Positions 37,922-51,742 of a stretch of 64,000 nt of DNA are shown here, piece after piece. The position numbers and the translations under genes were made by a program. Position 1 is the first letter of the stretch. Every line of letters begins with the position of its first letter. The notes under the pieces are model-generated. The model worked only from the letters and a program-made list of their open reading frames with translations, had not been told where the DNA came from and made no database searches. The stretch comes from Octopus vulgaris (Eukaryota). The stretch lies in the NCBI GenBank assembly GCA_951406725.2, contig OX597841.1, positions 17,236,001 to 17,300,000 of the forward strand, read 5' to 3'.

Positions 37922-38200
37922 TCCCGGGTTGATTCGGGGTTAACCACAGTAAGTAAGGTACTCAATGCATAGCAGAGTAAAATTAATTTATTATATAGAA
38001 GGAGCTTCTACAGGACTAGTACTGTTTCATTCAAGAGAAATCTTCAGGAAGCTATTTAACAAGAATTGTATTAGCATTTATACATTTAGGCAGGTTTAAA
38101 GGAGTGGTGGTGGGGGACTTTTTTGGGGGTAGGCATAGCGCAAAATATCATACTTGGGGGAGTGGTCAAGGAGTCAGTGGTAAGTTAGATGAAAGAATAG
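37920..38200 (-). mobile_element. Penelope-like terminal region, second family, ending in (TA)n
   Basis: Contains a hammerhead at 38003-38053; abuts the TA tract at 37890-37919. Confidence 0.6.
38003..38053 (-). ncRNA. Type-I hammerhead ribozyme motif
   Basis: Minus strand reads AGCTTC-CTGAAGA-tTTCtcttGAAt-GAAA-CAG-tactagtc-CTG-TA-GAAGCT: 6-bp stem I, intact core, stem III, GUA site. Confidence 0.72.
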
Positions 38201-38455
38201 ATAAATAAAAAAATAAAAAAATAAAAAAATAAATAAAAAAATAAATAAAAAAATAAAATAATAAAATAATAAAAAAATAAAATAAAAAAATAAAAAAATT
38301 AAAAAATTAAAAAATTAAAAATATATATAAATATAAAAAATATATATATAAAAAAAATATATATATAAAAAAAGGGGGGATAGAGTTATAGGTAAATAAG
38401 GAGATTCTCACTTATACCTATACACATATGTATACGTATCTACACACATATATAT

Positions 38456-38500
<45 letters not shown>

Positions 38501-38784
38501 TATACATACATATCTACATACACACATACATACACCCGCCCACATATACAAATTTATACACATGCACATGCATATACCTGTCTACACATACACACACGTA
38601 TATATGCGTACACTCACTCCCATGCATGCACGCATACACACATGTATATATATACCCACGACCACACATACATATATACACAGAAAAATATATATTCATA
38701 CGCACATACACTCATGCACACACAACACACCTAGTTCCCTATATACACATATTTACACCTATATATACATACACCCACATACAC

Positions 38785-38825
<41 letters not shown>

Positions 38826-38926
38826 CACGCATACATATATATACACATGTGTGCACATACATACATATACACATATACATACACATACACATACACATGT
38901 GTACCTATACATACCTACACATACAC

Positions 38927-38971
<45 letters not shown>

Positions 38972-39364
38972 CCAATACAGGCCCATTCCCTAATTTTAAT
39001 TTTATTATCTTCATTTATTACTTTTGTTATCTTTGATCGCTAGAGCTAAGGATCCTGGCTATGGCAGCATGTCCATTTGTCTGTCTACTAGAAGGCAAGT
39101 ACTCATTCCCGCACGCACACTCATTAGCACGTACATTCACCCATTCGTACACTCATACACATACACGTACGCACGCGTTATATTCATACATACAAACATC
39201 TACATACGTTCACGTATATACACATACGTACTCGTACCTACAGATTCGTGTCTACACTTTAGGAGGCTAGTCTATACATATACACCAATAAATATACATA
39301 TATATATATATATACACATATACATACACACACACACATATATACTCCTACATACAGATACATA

Positions 39365-39422
<58 letters not shown>

Positions 39423-39626
39423 CATACATACACATACACACATACACATACACACACATACATACACATATATATACATACACAAACATATATACACACA
39501 TATATATATATATACACACATACACACACAAACATACATATACACACAAACACATACATACGTATACATACATACATACATCCATACATCCATACTTACA
39601 TGCATTTATACGCATACACACACCCA

Positions 39627-39661
<35 letters not shown>

Positions 39662-40152
39662 TCACACATACATATACAAATATACGCACACACATACATA
39701 CATACACGTATACACATACACGCACATACACATATACATGCGTACCCATACACGTGCACACACGCACGTGCATCCATATATATACACACACACACATATA
39801 TACACGTGTGCAAGCATACATACATACTCATACACGCACACATACTTACATATACATATATGCACACACTTACACACATACATATACATACACATATACG
39901 CATGCACACATACATATATGCATACATACACATACACGCACATACACATATACATGCGTACCCATACACGTGCACACACGCACGAGCATCCATATATATA
40001 CACACACACACAGATATACACGTGTGCAAGCATACATACATACTCATACACGCACACATACTTACATATACATATATGCACACACTTACACACATATATA
40101 CATACACATATACATGCATACATACATATATGCATACATACATACACGCGCA

Positions 40153-40202
<50 letters not shown>

Positions 40203-40479
40203 CACATACACATACATACACATATACATATACATACACATACACATACATACATATATATATATACACATATATACACATATACACATACATATATACA
40301 CATATACATACATATACATACACACACACATACATATATACATATACACTGATACACATACCCAAACATATATATATATATATACACACACACACATATA
40401 CACATGCATATACTTATATCTCTACATACTCACATATAAACATATATATACATACACACATACATATATACATGTACAT

Positions 40480-40522
<43 letters not shown>

Positions 40523-40531
40523 CACATACAA

Positions 40532-40570
<39 letters not shown>

Positions 40571-40571
40571 T

Positions 40572-40735
40572 ACGACAGGCTTCTTTCAGTTTCCGTCTAC
40601 CAAATCCACTCACAAGGCATTGGTCGGCCCGGGGCTATAGCAGAAGACACTTGCCCAAGATGCCACGCAGTGGGACTGAACCCGGAACCATGTGGTTGGT
40701 AAGCAAGCTACTTACCACACAGCCACTCCCACGCC
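40572..40735 (-). mobile_element. SINE family A head half
   Basis: CGACAGGCTTCTTTCAG...CACAGCCACTCCCACGCC. Confidence 0.9.
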
Positions 40736-40749
40736 TATATTGATTTTTT

Positions 40750-40905
40750 TTTTCATCACTCGGGACTGTAAAACGAATTACCTGGCACTTTATATTCTCT
40801 TCATCAATTACCACGAAATCAGGCCCTTCTGGCTTCTATTATTCTATCAATCTGAATGTGAAGGACCCACATTTTGTTTTTCTTACTTTCTAGTACATGT
40901 GCACT
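40750..40905 (-). mobile_element. Decayed R4/Dong-like RLE domain fragment
   Basis: VLESKKNKMWVLHIQIDRIIEARR / frameshift / PDFVVIDEENIKCQVIRFTVPSDE parallels FTIQTDRKIDAYRPDIILKDFKQRTCLLIDMTVP at 50077-50430. Confidence 0.7.
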
Positions 40906-40933
40906 TAACATAGTTCAGAGGGAGATGAGATTA

Positions 40934-41870
40934 GAATCGTTAGCACGCCGGGCGAAATGCGTAGCAGTATTTCGTCTGCCGTTATGTTCCGAGCTCAAAT
41001 TCCGCCGGGGTCGACTTTGCCTTTCATCCTTTCAGGGTCGATAAATCAAGTACCAGTTACGCACTGGGGTCGATATAATCGACTTGATCCGTTTGTCTGT
41101 CCTTGTTTGTCCTCTCTGTGTTTAGCCCCTTGTGGACAGTAAAGAAATAGGTATTTCGTCTGTCTTTACGTTCTCAGTTCAAATTCCGACGAGGTCGACT
41201 TTGCCTTTCATCCTTTCGGGGTCGATAAATCAAGTACCAGTTACGCACTGGGGTCGATATAATCGACTTGATCCGTTTGTCTGTCCTTGTTTGTCCCCTC
41301 TGTATGTAGCCCATTGTGGGTAGTAAAGAAATAGGTATTTCGTCTGCCGTTACGTTCTCAGTTCAAATTCCGCCGAGGTCAACTTTGCCTTTCATCCTTT
41401 CCGGGTCGATTAAATAAGTACCAGTTACGCACTGGAGTTTATGTAATCGACTTAATCCGTTTGTCTGTCTTTGTTTGTCCTCTCTGTGTTTAGCCCCTTG
41501 TGGGTAGTAAAGAAATAGGTATTTCGTCTGCCGTTTCGTTCTGAGTTCAAATTCCGCCGAAGTCGACTTTGCCTTTTATCCTTTCATGGTCGATAAATCA
41601 AGTACCAGTTACGCACTGGGGTCGATGTAATCGACTTAATCCCTTTGTCTGTCCTTGTTTGTCCTCTCTGTGGGTAGTAAAGAAATAGGTATTTCATCTG
41701 CCGTTACGTTCTCAGTTCAAATTCCGCCGAGGTCGACTTTGCCTTTCATCCTTTTGGGGTCGATAAATCAAGTACCAGTTACGCACTGGGGTCGATATAA
41801 TCGACCTAATCCGTTTGTCTGTCCTTGTTTGTCCCCTCTGTGTTTAGCGCCTTGTGGGCAATAAAGAAAT
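40934..41870 (+). mobile_element. SINE family B pentamer (~184-bp units)
   Basis: GTATTTC unit starts at 40967, 41151, 41335, 41519 and 41689. Confidence 0.92.
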
Positions 41871-41879
41871 AGATATAAA

Positions 41880-42030
41880 ATCTGACAGGGCAGGCCGTTG
41901 TGATTTTCAAGTACAACTAATTTTTGCCAGCTGGGTGGACTGGAGCAATGTGAAATAAAGTGTCTTGCTCAAGGACACAACACGTTGCCAGGAATTGAAC
42001 TTACGACCTTTCGATCGTGAACCAAATAAA
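41880..42030 (-). mobile_element. CORE-type tRNA SINE (family D), decayed
   Basis: Minus strand B-box GTTCAATTCC followed by GTGTCCTTGAGCAAGACACTTTATTTCACATTGCTCCAGTCCACCCAGCTG. Confidence 0.68.
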
Positions 42031-42104
42031 CTGGGGATGGGAGGCACTAACGATCAGGTCATGTGCCTTCACTATATGTATGTACACGCATACTCTCTCT
42101 CTCT

Positions 42105-43400
42105 TTTACTCTCTTACTTGTTTCAGTCATTTGGCTGCGGCCATGCTGGAGCACCGCCTTTTAGTCGAGCAACTCGACCCCGGGACTTATTCTTTTGTAA
42201 GCCCAGTACTTATTCTATCGGTCTCTTTTACTTGTTTCAGTCATTTGGCTGCGGCCATGCTGGAGCACCGCCTTTAGTCGAGCAAATCAAACCCAGGACT
42301 TATTCTTTGTAAGCCAAGTACTTATTCTATCGGTCTCTTTTACTTGTTTCAGTCATTTGACTGCGGCCATGCTGGAGCACCGCCTTTGATCGAGAAACTC
42401 GACCCCGGGACTTATTCTTATTGTAAGCCTAGTACTTATTCTTTCGGTCTCTTTTACTTGTTTCAGTCATTTGACTGCGGCCATGCTGGAGCACCGCCTT
42501 TAGTCGAGCAACTCGACCCCGGGACTTATTCTTTTGTAAGCCTAGTACTTATTCTATCGGTCTCCTTTACTTGTTTCAGTCATTTGACTGCGGCCATGCT
42601 GGAGCACCGCCTTTAGTCGAGCAACTCGACCCCGGGACTTATTCTTTTATAAGCCAAGTACTTATTCTATCGGTCTCTTTTACTTGTTTCAGTCATTTGA
42701 CTGCGGCCATGCTGGAGCACCGCCTTTAGTCGAGCAACTCGACCCCGGGACTTATTCTTTTGTAAGCCTAGTACTTATTCTATCGGTCTCTTTTACTTGT
42801 TTCAGTCATTTGACTGCGGCCATGCTGGAGCACCGCCTTTAGTCGAGCAACTCGACCCCGGGACTTATTCTTTTGTAAGCCTAGTACTTATTCTATCGGT
42901 CTCCTTTACTTGTTTCAGTCATTTGACTGCGGCCATGCTGGAGCACCGCCTTTAGTCGAGCAACTCGACCCCGGGACTTATTCTTTTATAAGCCAAGTAC
43001 TTATTCTATCGGTCTCTTTTACTTGTTTCAGTCATTTGACTGCGGCCATGCTGGAGCACCGCCTTTAGTCGAGCAACTCGACCCCGGGACTTATTCTTTT
43101 GTAAGCCTAGTACTTATTCCATCGGTCTCTTTTACTTGTTTCAGTCATTTGACTGCGGCCATGCTGGAGCACGCTAGGGGGACAAACACCGACACACAAA
43201 CACACACGCATTTATATATATATATATGCATATATACGACGGGCTTCTTTCAGTTTCCGTCTACCAAATCCACTCACAAGGCTTTTGTCGGCTCGAGGCT
43301 ATTGTAGAAGACACTTGCCCAAGGTGCCACGCAGTGGGACTGAACCCGGAACCATGTGGTTGGTAAGCAAGCTACTTACCACACAGCCACTCCTACGCCT
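42105..43400 (-). mobile_element. SINE family A with nine 113-bp tail repeats plus one partial
   Basis: Units at 42115, 42229, 42341, 42455, 42568, 42681, 42794, 42907, 43020 and 43133; head at 43237-43400. Confidence 0.93.
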
Positions 43401-43687
43401 ATGCATATATGCATATGCAAATTTCGATAACCGTAAATCTGTTAATTCGTTAAAAATGTAATGGAAGTTATCGATAAACCGCTAACGTTAATTTTTATTA
43501 GAGAAAAACAAAAAAACGGTTTTTGCTCTAAAACCATTAGATAGATAGATTGATAGATAGAGAGGGAGGGAGGAAGAGAGGAGAAAGATAGACAGGTAGA
43601 TAGATAAATAGATAGATAGCTAAATAGATAGATAGATAGATAGAGATAGATAGATAGATAAATAGATAGATAAATAGATAGATAGAT

Positions 43688-43730
<43 letters not shown>

Positions 43731-43742
43731 ATAGATAGCTAA

Positions 43743-43821
<79 letters not shown>

Positions 43822-44222
43822 TGTTTCTTTATTAGCCACACAGGGCTGCACACAGATAGAACAAATTACAAGGTAGAGCTTTTCTTTTGAAGGTTTAAAA
43901 AAAAATTTAAAAAAAAAAAATTAAAAATTAAAAAATAATAAAATAACAAATAAAATAAAATAAAAAAGGGGGGGTCGATCAAAAGGGATCGTAAAAGGAG
44001 AGAAAGAGGACAAAAAAGGGGGGGTTAAAAAAAAGGGGGAGAGGAAAAAAAATTGATCAATAGGGATCGTTATCACAGAAATGTCAATATGAAGTGTAAA
44101 GGGGAGGACAGGTGAGGTTTACCCGTGGAAAGAAAAGCCTACGGAAAAGACCACGGTAACCTCGGTCAATGAAGTCACGTGTTATATTTCTTCTTTTTTT
44201 TTGCAAATAAGCAACTCTCTGT
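43822..44222 (-). mobile_element. LINE-like 3' UTR family G embedded in (GATA)n
   Basis: Reverse-complement match to 33660-33880; GATA tracts on both sides. Confidence 0.72.
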
Positions 44223-44269
44223 AGATAGATAGATGCATGGACAGACAGACAGATAGATAGATAAATAGT

Positions 44270-44350
<81 letters not shown>

Positions 44351-44448
44351 GGATAGATAGATACACATATAGACAGATAGATAGATAGAGGGAGATAGAG
44401 AGATAGACACATAAATAGAGAGAGAGATAGGGAAGACAAGAGACAGAC

Positions 44449-44489
<41 letters not shown>

Positions 44490-44821
44490 GACAGACAGAC
44501 AGACAGACAAACGGACGGACACGCGGACAGACAGACTGACGGACGAGGGAGACAAGCAGCAATGACGATAAAAGCATTTCTTTGCATTGTTTCATTCTCT
44601 GCATCATATCTGACGGAATTTGCTTCCAGATATTTTGGTCGTTGCCTCGTGGGATGCTTTTAAAGGCTACGCACATACAGCGCGCGTGCGCACACACTTA
44701 TGCATGCTTACAAGCTCACTTCAATATGCGAGTGTGTGTATATATATGCGTGTGTGTGTATATATATATATGCATATGTATATGCATATCTATATATATA
44801 TATTTACACATATATATGTGT

Positions 44822-44856
<35 letters not shown>

Positions 44857-44906
44857 CTCACATATATATACATACACACATGTTCAGATATATTTACACA
44901 CTTATA

Positions 44907-44945
<39 letters not shown>

Positions 44946-44997
44946 TCACATATATATACATACACACATGTTCAGATATATTTACTCACATATATTC

Positions 44998-45031
<34 letters not shown>

Positions 45032-45823
45032 ACGTATGTATGTATGTGTGTCTATGTGTACGTATGTAAGTACACACACACACGCACATATATATATATA
45101 TATATATCTGTGTGTGTGTGTTTGTGTTCGCAATTGTACAACACCATTCTATTGATAGCTATAAGAGCACCATATTCCACGTTGCCAACGTTCAATTTTC
45201 CACTATCGTCTGTCAAAACGTAAGGTGTTGGGGGAGACGAAGAAAGACCATAATGGCAGAACTTTCACATATACATATTTCAAAATGGAAGAAATAAAGA
45301 TGGCTGACACTTTGTCTTCAGTTTCCCGCCTCAGCGCAATTTTGTCGTCTGTCTATTTTGTTAGAGGCGGAAACGGAAAGTGAAATGGAGAGGTGGTGTA
45401 GAGAGACAAGGGGGTGAGAGAGAAACAGCCGTCCTACACTCACACGTACTCACACACGTATATAAATATATATTATATACATACTTATCTATAAAGAGAG
45501 ACAGACAGACAGACAGAGAGAAAGATACATATAGAGAGAGACACATACATGAATACACGCAAAACGCAAACACGTACGTGTGTGTGTATGTATGTATGTA
45601 TGTGTGTGTGTATGTAAATATGTGTGTGTATGTATGTGTGTGTATATGTGTATGTGTGTAGACAAACACATAGATATACTTATGTGCGTATGTATCTCTT
45701 TCGTTCTGTCCTTGATTTCTCTAAAAGTTTTCTCTGATCTAGTTTTCCTTTCGAATACACACACACATATGCATATATGTACATATTCAAATATATATGT
45801 GTGTGTGTGTATGTGTGTGCGTG

Positions 45824-45857
<34 letters not shown>

Positions 45858-45941
45858 AATGTATATTGGTATATGTGTAGGTTTCTACGGCAATATATAT
45901 ATGTGTATATGAATATATATATATGCATAAAAATATGCATA

Positions 45942-45996
<55 letters not shown>

Positions 45997-46072
45997 TCCT
46001 GTATACTGTACATAGGTACATACATACGTAAATTCATTGATTGAGAGATAGAGAGATGGATAGATAGATAAG

Positions 46073-46150
<78 letters not shown>

Positions 46151-46275
46151 TACGTACACATATAAATAGATATAAATGTACATACATACACACACACACA
46201 CACGCATACTCATACACCATCTTCATCGATTGCCAACAAGATTGTCATGTTCCACTAACGCCTGTCAAAACATAG

Positions 46276-46334
<59 letters not shown>

Positions 46335-46609
46335 GAGGTTGTAGACGGGAAAAAATTATGCACCGGAAATAAAAGAGAAAGAAGACGAAAAACAACAAAA
46401 CAGCCTCAATGGAAACTAGGAAACTCTCGTCGTTTCGTCAAAATGTAAGAATTATAGATAGGCCAGCGCCATGTTATCGTCTTTTAGTTGTTGTGTTGTG
46501 TTTATTTCCCGCTTCGGCGTTAGTTTGATGTCGTCTGCAAATTGAGAGAGATGGCGATGGAGCGGGAGATAGGGAAAACGGTAGAGAGAGAGGGAGAGAA
46601 AGACAGATA

Positions 46610-46639
46610 GGTAGGCAGGTAGGTAGGTAGGTAGGTAGG

Positions 46640-46706
<67 letters not shown>

Positions 46707-46980
46707 GTAGGTAGGTAGGTAGGTAGGTAGGTAGGTAGGTAGGTAGGTAGGTAGGTAGACAGACAGACAGACACATAGACAGATAGATGGATGGATGGAT
46801 ATATAGACAGATGGATGGATGGATGGATATATAGACAGATAGATGGATGGATGGATGGATATATAGACAGATAGATGGATGGATGGATATATAGACAGAT
46901 AGATGGATGGATGGATATATAGACAGAAAGATAGATAGATGGATAGAGAGAGAGACAGACAGACAGATAGTTAGATGCAT
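46610..46980. repeat. Compound tetranucleotide tract (GGTA/GATA/GACA/GGAT) with a ~28-32-bp higher-order unit
   Basis: Direct inspection. Confidence 0.88.
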
Positions 46981-47285
46981 GGATCGATGGATGATATAAA
47001 TATATATGTCTCTGTGTGTGTGTAGACATACATATATATATATGTATTCAGAGAGAAAGAGAGAGAAAAAAGAATTATATTGAAATGATAGATAGATAAA
47101 TAGATGTATACATATAAACATACATGCAACTCACGCGCATACATACATACATACAATTGAATACATACATACATACATACATACATACATACATACATAC
47201 ATACATACATACATAGAAACATACATGCATGCATGCATACATACATACATACATACGTGCATGCATACATACATAGACATGCATA

Positions 47286-47645
47286 GGCGCAGGAGTGGTT
47301 CCTGGTTCAGTCCCACTGCGTGGCACCTTGGGCAAGTGTGTTCTACTATAGCCCCGGGCCGACCAAAGCCTTGTGAGTGGATTTGATAGATGGAAACTGA
47401 AAGAAGCCTGTCGTATATATGTGTATATATATATACGTGTGTGTGTCTGTGTTTGTCCCCCTAGCATCGCTTGACAACCGATGCTGGTGTGTTTACGTCC
47501 CCGTCACTTAGCGGTTTGGCAAAAGAGACCGATAGAATAAGTACTGGGCTTACAAAGAATAAGTCCCGGAGTCGATTTGCTCGACTAAAAGGCGGTGCTC
47601 CAGCATGGCAGCAGTCAAATGACTGAAACAAGTAAAAGAGTATAG
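47286..47645 (+). mobile_element. SINE family A with a deletion in the head
   Basis: GGCGCAGGAGTGG joined directly to TTCCTGGTTCAG. Confidence 0.88.
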
Positions 47646-47696
47646 AGAGCGTAGCTATATGTATGTATACATACATATATTGTGTGTACATAGGCA

Positions 47697-47829
47697 TTCC
47701 TTTTCCTATGTTTCCGACGAAGAGCTCCGCTCGAAACGTTAAACCCTCCTTTCTTGAGCGTCCAATAATACTACATTTGTTCCACGTCCTCGCGTTGTTG
47801 TGTTTTTTTGTGCTTTCATATTTGGATTA

Positions 47830-47833
<4 letters not shown>
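47697..47833 (+). mobile_element. Penelope-like pseudo-LTR family P2 with hammerhead motif (core mutated to CCGACGA)
   Basis: GTTT-CCGACGA-a-GAGC-tcc-GCTC-GAAA-cGTT-AAAC at 47710-47744; matches 60880-61031; ends in (TA)n. Confidence 0.68.
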
Positions 47834-47879
<46 letters not shown>

Positions 47880-47954
47880 AATATATAAATTGATTTATGT
47901 ATATAGATTTATACACACACACAAGCGCACAAACACTCATAAATTAGATAGATA

Positions 47955-48110
47955 CTTCGTCTGTCTTTACATTCTGAGTTCAAATTCCGCCGACGTCGAC
48001 TTTGCCTTTCGGGGGTGGATAAATTCATATCCAGTTGCTAAATAGGGTCGATCTAATCCACTGGCCATTCCAAAAAATTCCGGGCCTTATGCCTAGAGTA
48101 GAAAAGAATA
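47955..48110 (+). mobile_element. SINE family B variant, decayed
   Basis: TTCTGAGTTCAAATTCCGCCGACGTCGACTTTGCCTTTC. Confidence 0.72.
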
Positions 48111-48120
48111 TAATATATAT

Positions 48121-48153
<33 letters not shown>

Positions 48154-48208
48154 GTGTATATATATATGTGTATATATATATGTGTATATATACATATATA
48201 TATACATA

Positions 48209-48253
<45 letters not shown>

Positions 48254-48458
48254 GTGTGTATATATATATGTGTATATATACATATATATATACATATATA
48301 TGTATATATATATATATATGTATGTATCTATATATATGTATATATATATATATATGTATATATATATAAGTACATGTATATATATATATGTATATATATA
48401 TATATGTATATATATAAGTACATGTATATATGTATATATATAAGTACATGTATATATG

Positions 48459-48490
<32 letters not shown>

Positions 48491-48491
48491 C

Positions 48492-48530
<39 letters not shown>

Positions 48531-48570
48531 ATAGAGTGATAGAGGGAGAGAGCAAGATACATACACAAAT

Positions 48571-48601
<31 letters not shown>

Positions 48602-49881
48602 GGATGGACAAGCAGACAGACATATAAACAGACAGACAGACAGACAGACAATGAAAACGGAAAGTAGGCTGGAAGGAATGAAATACAGGAAAGTTGGAAT
48701 GACAGCGTTGGAACGACGGAGAGCAAGTAGGGGGGGGCGGGAGAGAATGAACAGAATGAGGAGAAAGAAGAGGGGAACGAGTGCAAAGGAGAGAGAGAGA
48801 GGAAGAGAGAGAGAGAGCGTGGATTACGGAGAGTAGATGATGCCTTATCGATTTTTTGTTAGAATTCTATGTCATCCGACGAAATCATTTGAAATTCTTC
48901 GATTGCAGACTCCATTTTGAAATGGTTTCTTGTTCGATGTGTTATCGCCGCCACCGCCGCCGCCGCCGCCGCCGCCACCACAATGTGCAATTCTACCAAC
49001 GTTTACTGTCACCACCACCACCACCACCACTACCAATACCGACACCACCACAACTATCACCACAACCGCCACCATCCACCACCACCACCACCAACAACTC
49101 CGCCACGATCTCTACCACTACAACTACCACCACCACCACCACCACCACCATAACCGTGACCACGACTACCACCACGACCACTACCACTATCACCACAACC
49201 ACCATCACTATCACCACAACCACCATCACTATCGCCACCACCACCACTACCACTATCGCAACCACCACCACCACTACAACCACTAACATCACCACCACCA
49301 CCATAACCATCACCTCCACTACCACAGCCAACACTACAACCACTACCATCATCACCACAGCCACCACCACAACCACCACAACCACCACCACAACCACCAC
49401 CACCACAACAACAACTATCACCATCACCACCACAACACCATTATCAACACCATTACCAATACAAACATTAACACCTACACTACCACTTATACCACTGACA
49501 CCACAACTATCTCTACGACGACAAGCGATAGCTCTAAATGGTATGTTAGTTAGACCCGGTACAATTAGTAGCCAAAATCTCCCTCAAATCACGTGCTACG
49601 GTCATATGTGTGTGTGTCTAATATGTATGTATGTATGTTTGTACGTATGTATGTATGTATGACGGAGACCTCTGTATCGTCATCGTTGTTATCATCGTCG
49701 TTATCATCACCATCATCATCGCCATCACCATCGTCATCATTATCATCATCATCACAATAGTCATCACATGTAGTTGCGTGTGGGTACGTATGTATATATA
49801 TACATGTATTTTTGTATGGGTCTTTGGAAGCAAATAAAATATTATTATTATTATCATTATTATTATTATTATTATTATTAT

Positions 49882-50430
49882 TCTATGTTTGACTTTTGCT
49901 TTACATTTGTACAAGTTGGCTCCAAGTCTCACCCAGAGACCTCAAGAGACAACAGGTTGGAAGTTCACGTTGTTTTGATGCCTAGTGTGCCATATATTTG
50001 GGGGTTTTTTGGTGTTGTACTAGTGAATGTCTAATACATAAATTTTAAAAAAAACAGTTTGTTTTAAACCTTGGGATTACATAGAGAGTATTTTGCTTAG
50101 GATATGAGCAGTCCCCATGAGCACTATTTTTTGAATTTCTGCCATTTTGGGGTTTCCTGGTATCTGAGTTAGGCAGCGATCAGCCCCTTTTGCTATCATT
50201 CCCAGGGCACCTATGACAACAGGTATTGTTTTAGTCTTCAGGTTCCACATTTTGCTGATTTCTATTTCAAGATCTTTATATTTGCTCAGTTTTTGGTAGG
50301 TCTTGACAGATATGTTTATATCGATTGGGACAGTCATATCAATGAGGAGGCATGTTCTTTGTTTGAAGTCTTTCAATATGATGTCTGGCCTATATGCATC
50401 TATCTTTCTGTCAGTTTGAATGGTGAAGTT
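49882..50430 (-). mobile_element. R4/Dong-like LINE 3' end with PD-(D/E)xK restriction-like endonuclease domain, inserted in (TAA)n
   Basis: Open frame FTIQTDRKIDAYRPDIILKDFKQRTCLLIDMTVPIDINISVKTYQKLSKYKDL...PVVIGALG...QKIVLMGTAHIL; TAA repeats on both sides. Confidence 0.92.
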
Positions 50431-50504
50431 CGGTGAAGTTATTATTATTATTATTATCATTATTATTATTATTATTACTATTATTATTTTTGTTGCTGTT
50501 GTAT

Positions 50505-50652
50505 CGTCCGAGGTCGGCTTTGCCTTTCATCCTTTCGGGGTCGATTAAATAAGTACCAGTTTCGCACTGGGGTCGATGTATTCGACTTAATCACTTTGTC
50601 TGTCCTTGTTTGTTCCCTCTATGTTTAGCCCCTTGTGGGCAATAAAGAAATA
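50505..50652 (+). mobile_element. SINE family B 3' part
   Basis: Meta-like domain and tail ...GGGCAATAAAGAAATA. Confidence 0.85.
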
Positions 50653-50699
50653 AATTATTATTATTATCGTCATTATTATTGCTCTTATCATAATAATTA

Positions 50700-50874
50700 G
50701 TCATCATCATTATTATTGCTATCATCGTCATCATCCTCATCGTTATCATCATCGCCATTACCATCGCCATCATCATCGCCGTCATCATCATCATCAGCAT
50801 CAGCATCATTACCATCATCGTCATCATCAGTATCATCGTCATCGTCGTCGTCGTCATCATCATTATCGTCGTCA

Positions 50875-50905
<31 letters not shown>

Positions 50906-51066
50906 TATCATCGTCGTCGTCATCGTCGTCATCATCGTCGTCGTCATCATCGTCATCATCGTCGTCATCATCATCGTCGTCGTCATCGTCGTCATCATCA
51001 TCGTTGTCGTCATCATCGTCGTCGTCATCAACGTCGTCGTCATCATCGTCGTCGTCGTTATCATCG

Positions 51067-51098
<32 letters not shown>

Positions 51099-51313
51099 AT
51101 CGTCATCATCATCATCGTCGTCGTCGTCATCGTCGTCATCATCGTCGTCGTCGTCATCATCATCGTCATCATGATCGTCATCACCATCGTCATCATCATC
51201 GTTGTCGTCATCATCGTCGTCGTCATCATCATCGTCGTCATCATCATCGTCATCATCTATCGTCATCATCATCGTTGTCGTCATCATCGTCGTCGTCATC
51301 AACGTCGTCATCA

Positions 51314-51345
<32 letters not shown>

Positions 51346-51742
51346 ATCATCGTCGTCGTCGTCATCATCATCGTCATCACCATCGTCATCATCATCGTTG
51401 TCGTCATCATCGTCGTCGTCATCATCATCGTCGTCATCATCATCGTCATCACCATCGTCATCATCATCGTTGTCGTCATCATCGTCGTCGTCATCACCAT
51501 CGTCATCATCGTCGTCATCATCATCGCCATCATCGTCGTCATCATCATCATAATCACCATCATCCTCATTAAATCACCACCACCACCACCATCATCATCA
51601 TCATCGCCATCATCATCGTCATCATCATCGCCATCGCCATCATCGTTATCGTCATCATCATCATCATCGCCTTTGTCATCATCATCGCCTTTGTCATCAT
51701 CATCGCCTTTGTCATCATCATCATCATCACCACCACCACCAC
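50700..51742. repeat. (TCA/TCG)n trinucleotide tract
   Basis: Direct inspection. Confidence 0.92.

Noticed and set aside
39700-40110. ~216-bp internal duplication in CA/TA-rich sequence (also 44830-45000)
   Set aside because: Ordinary slippage or unequal-exchange duplication within low-complexity DNA
40790-40860. Apparent minus-strand exon with a CAG|GTAATT donor
   Set aside because: Better explained as a frameshifted R4/Dong RLE fragment (RR-PD motif)
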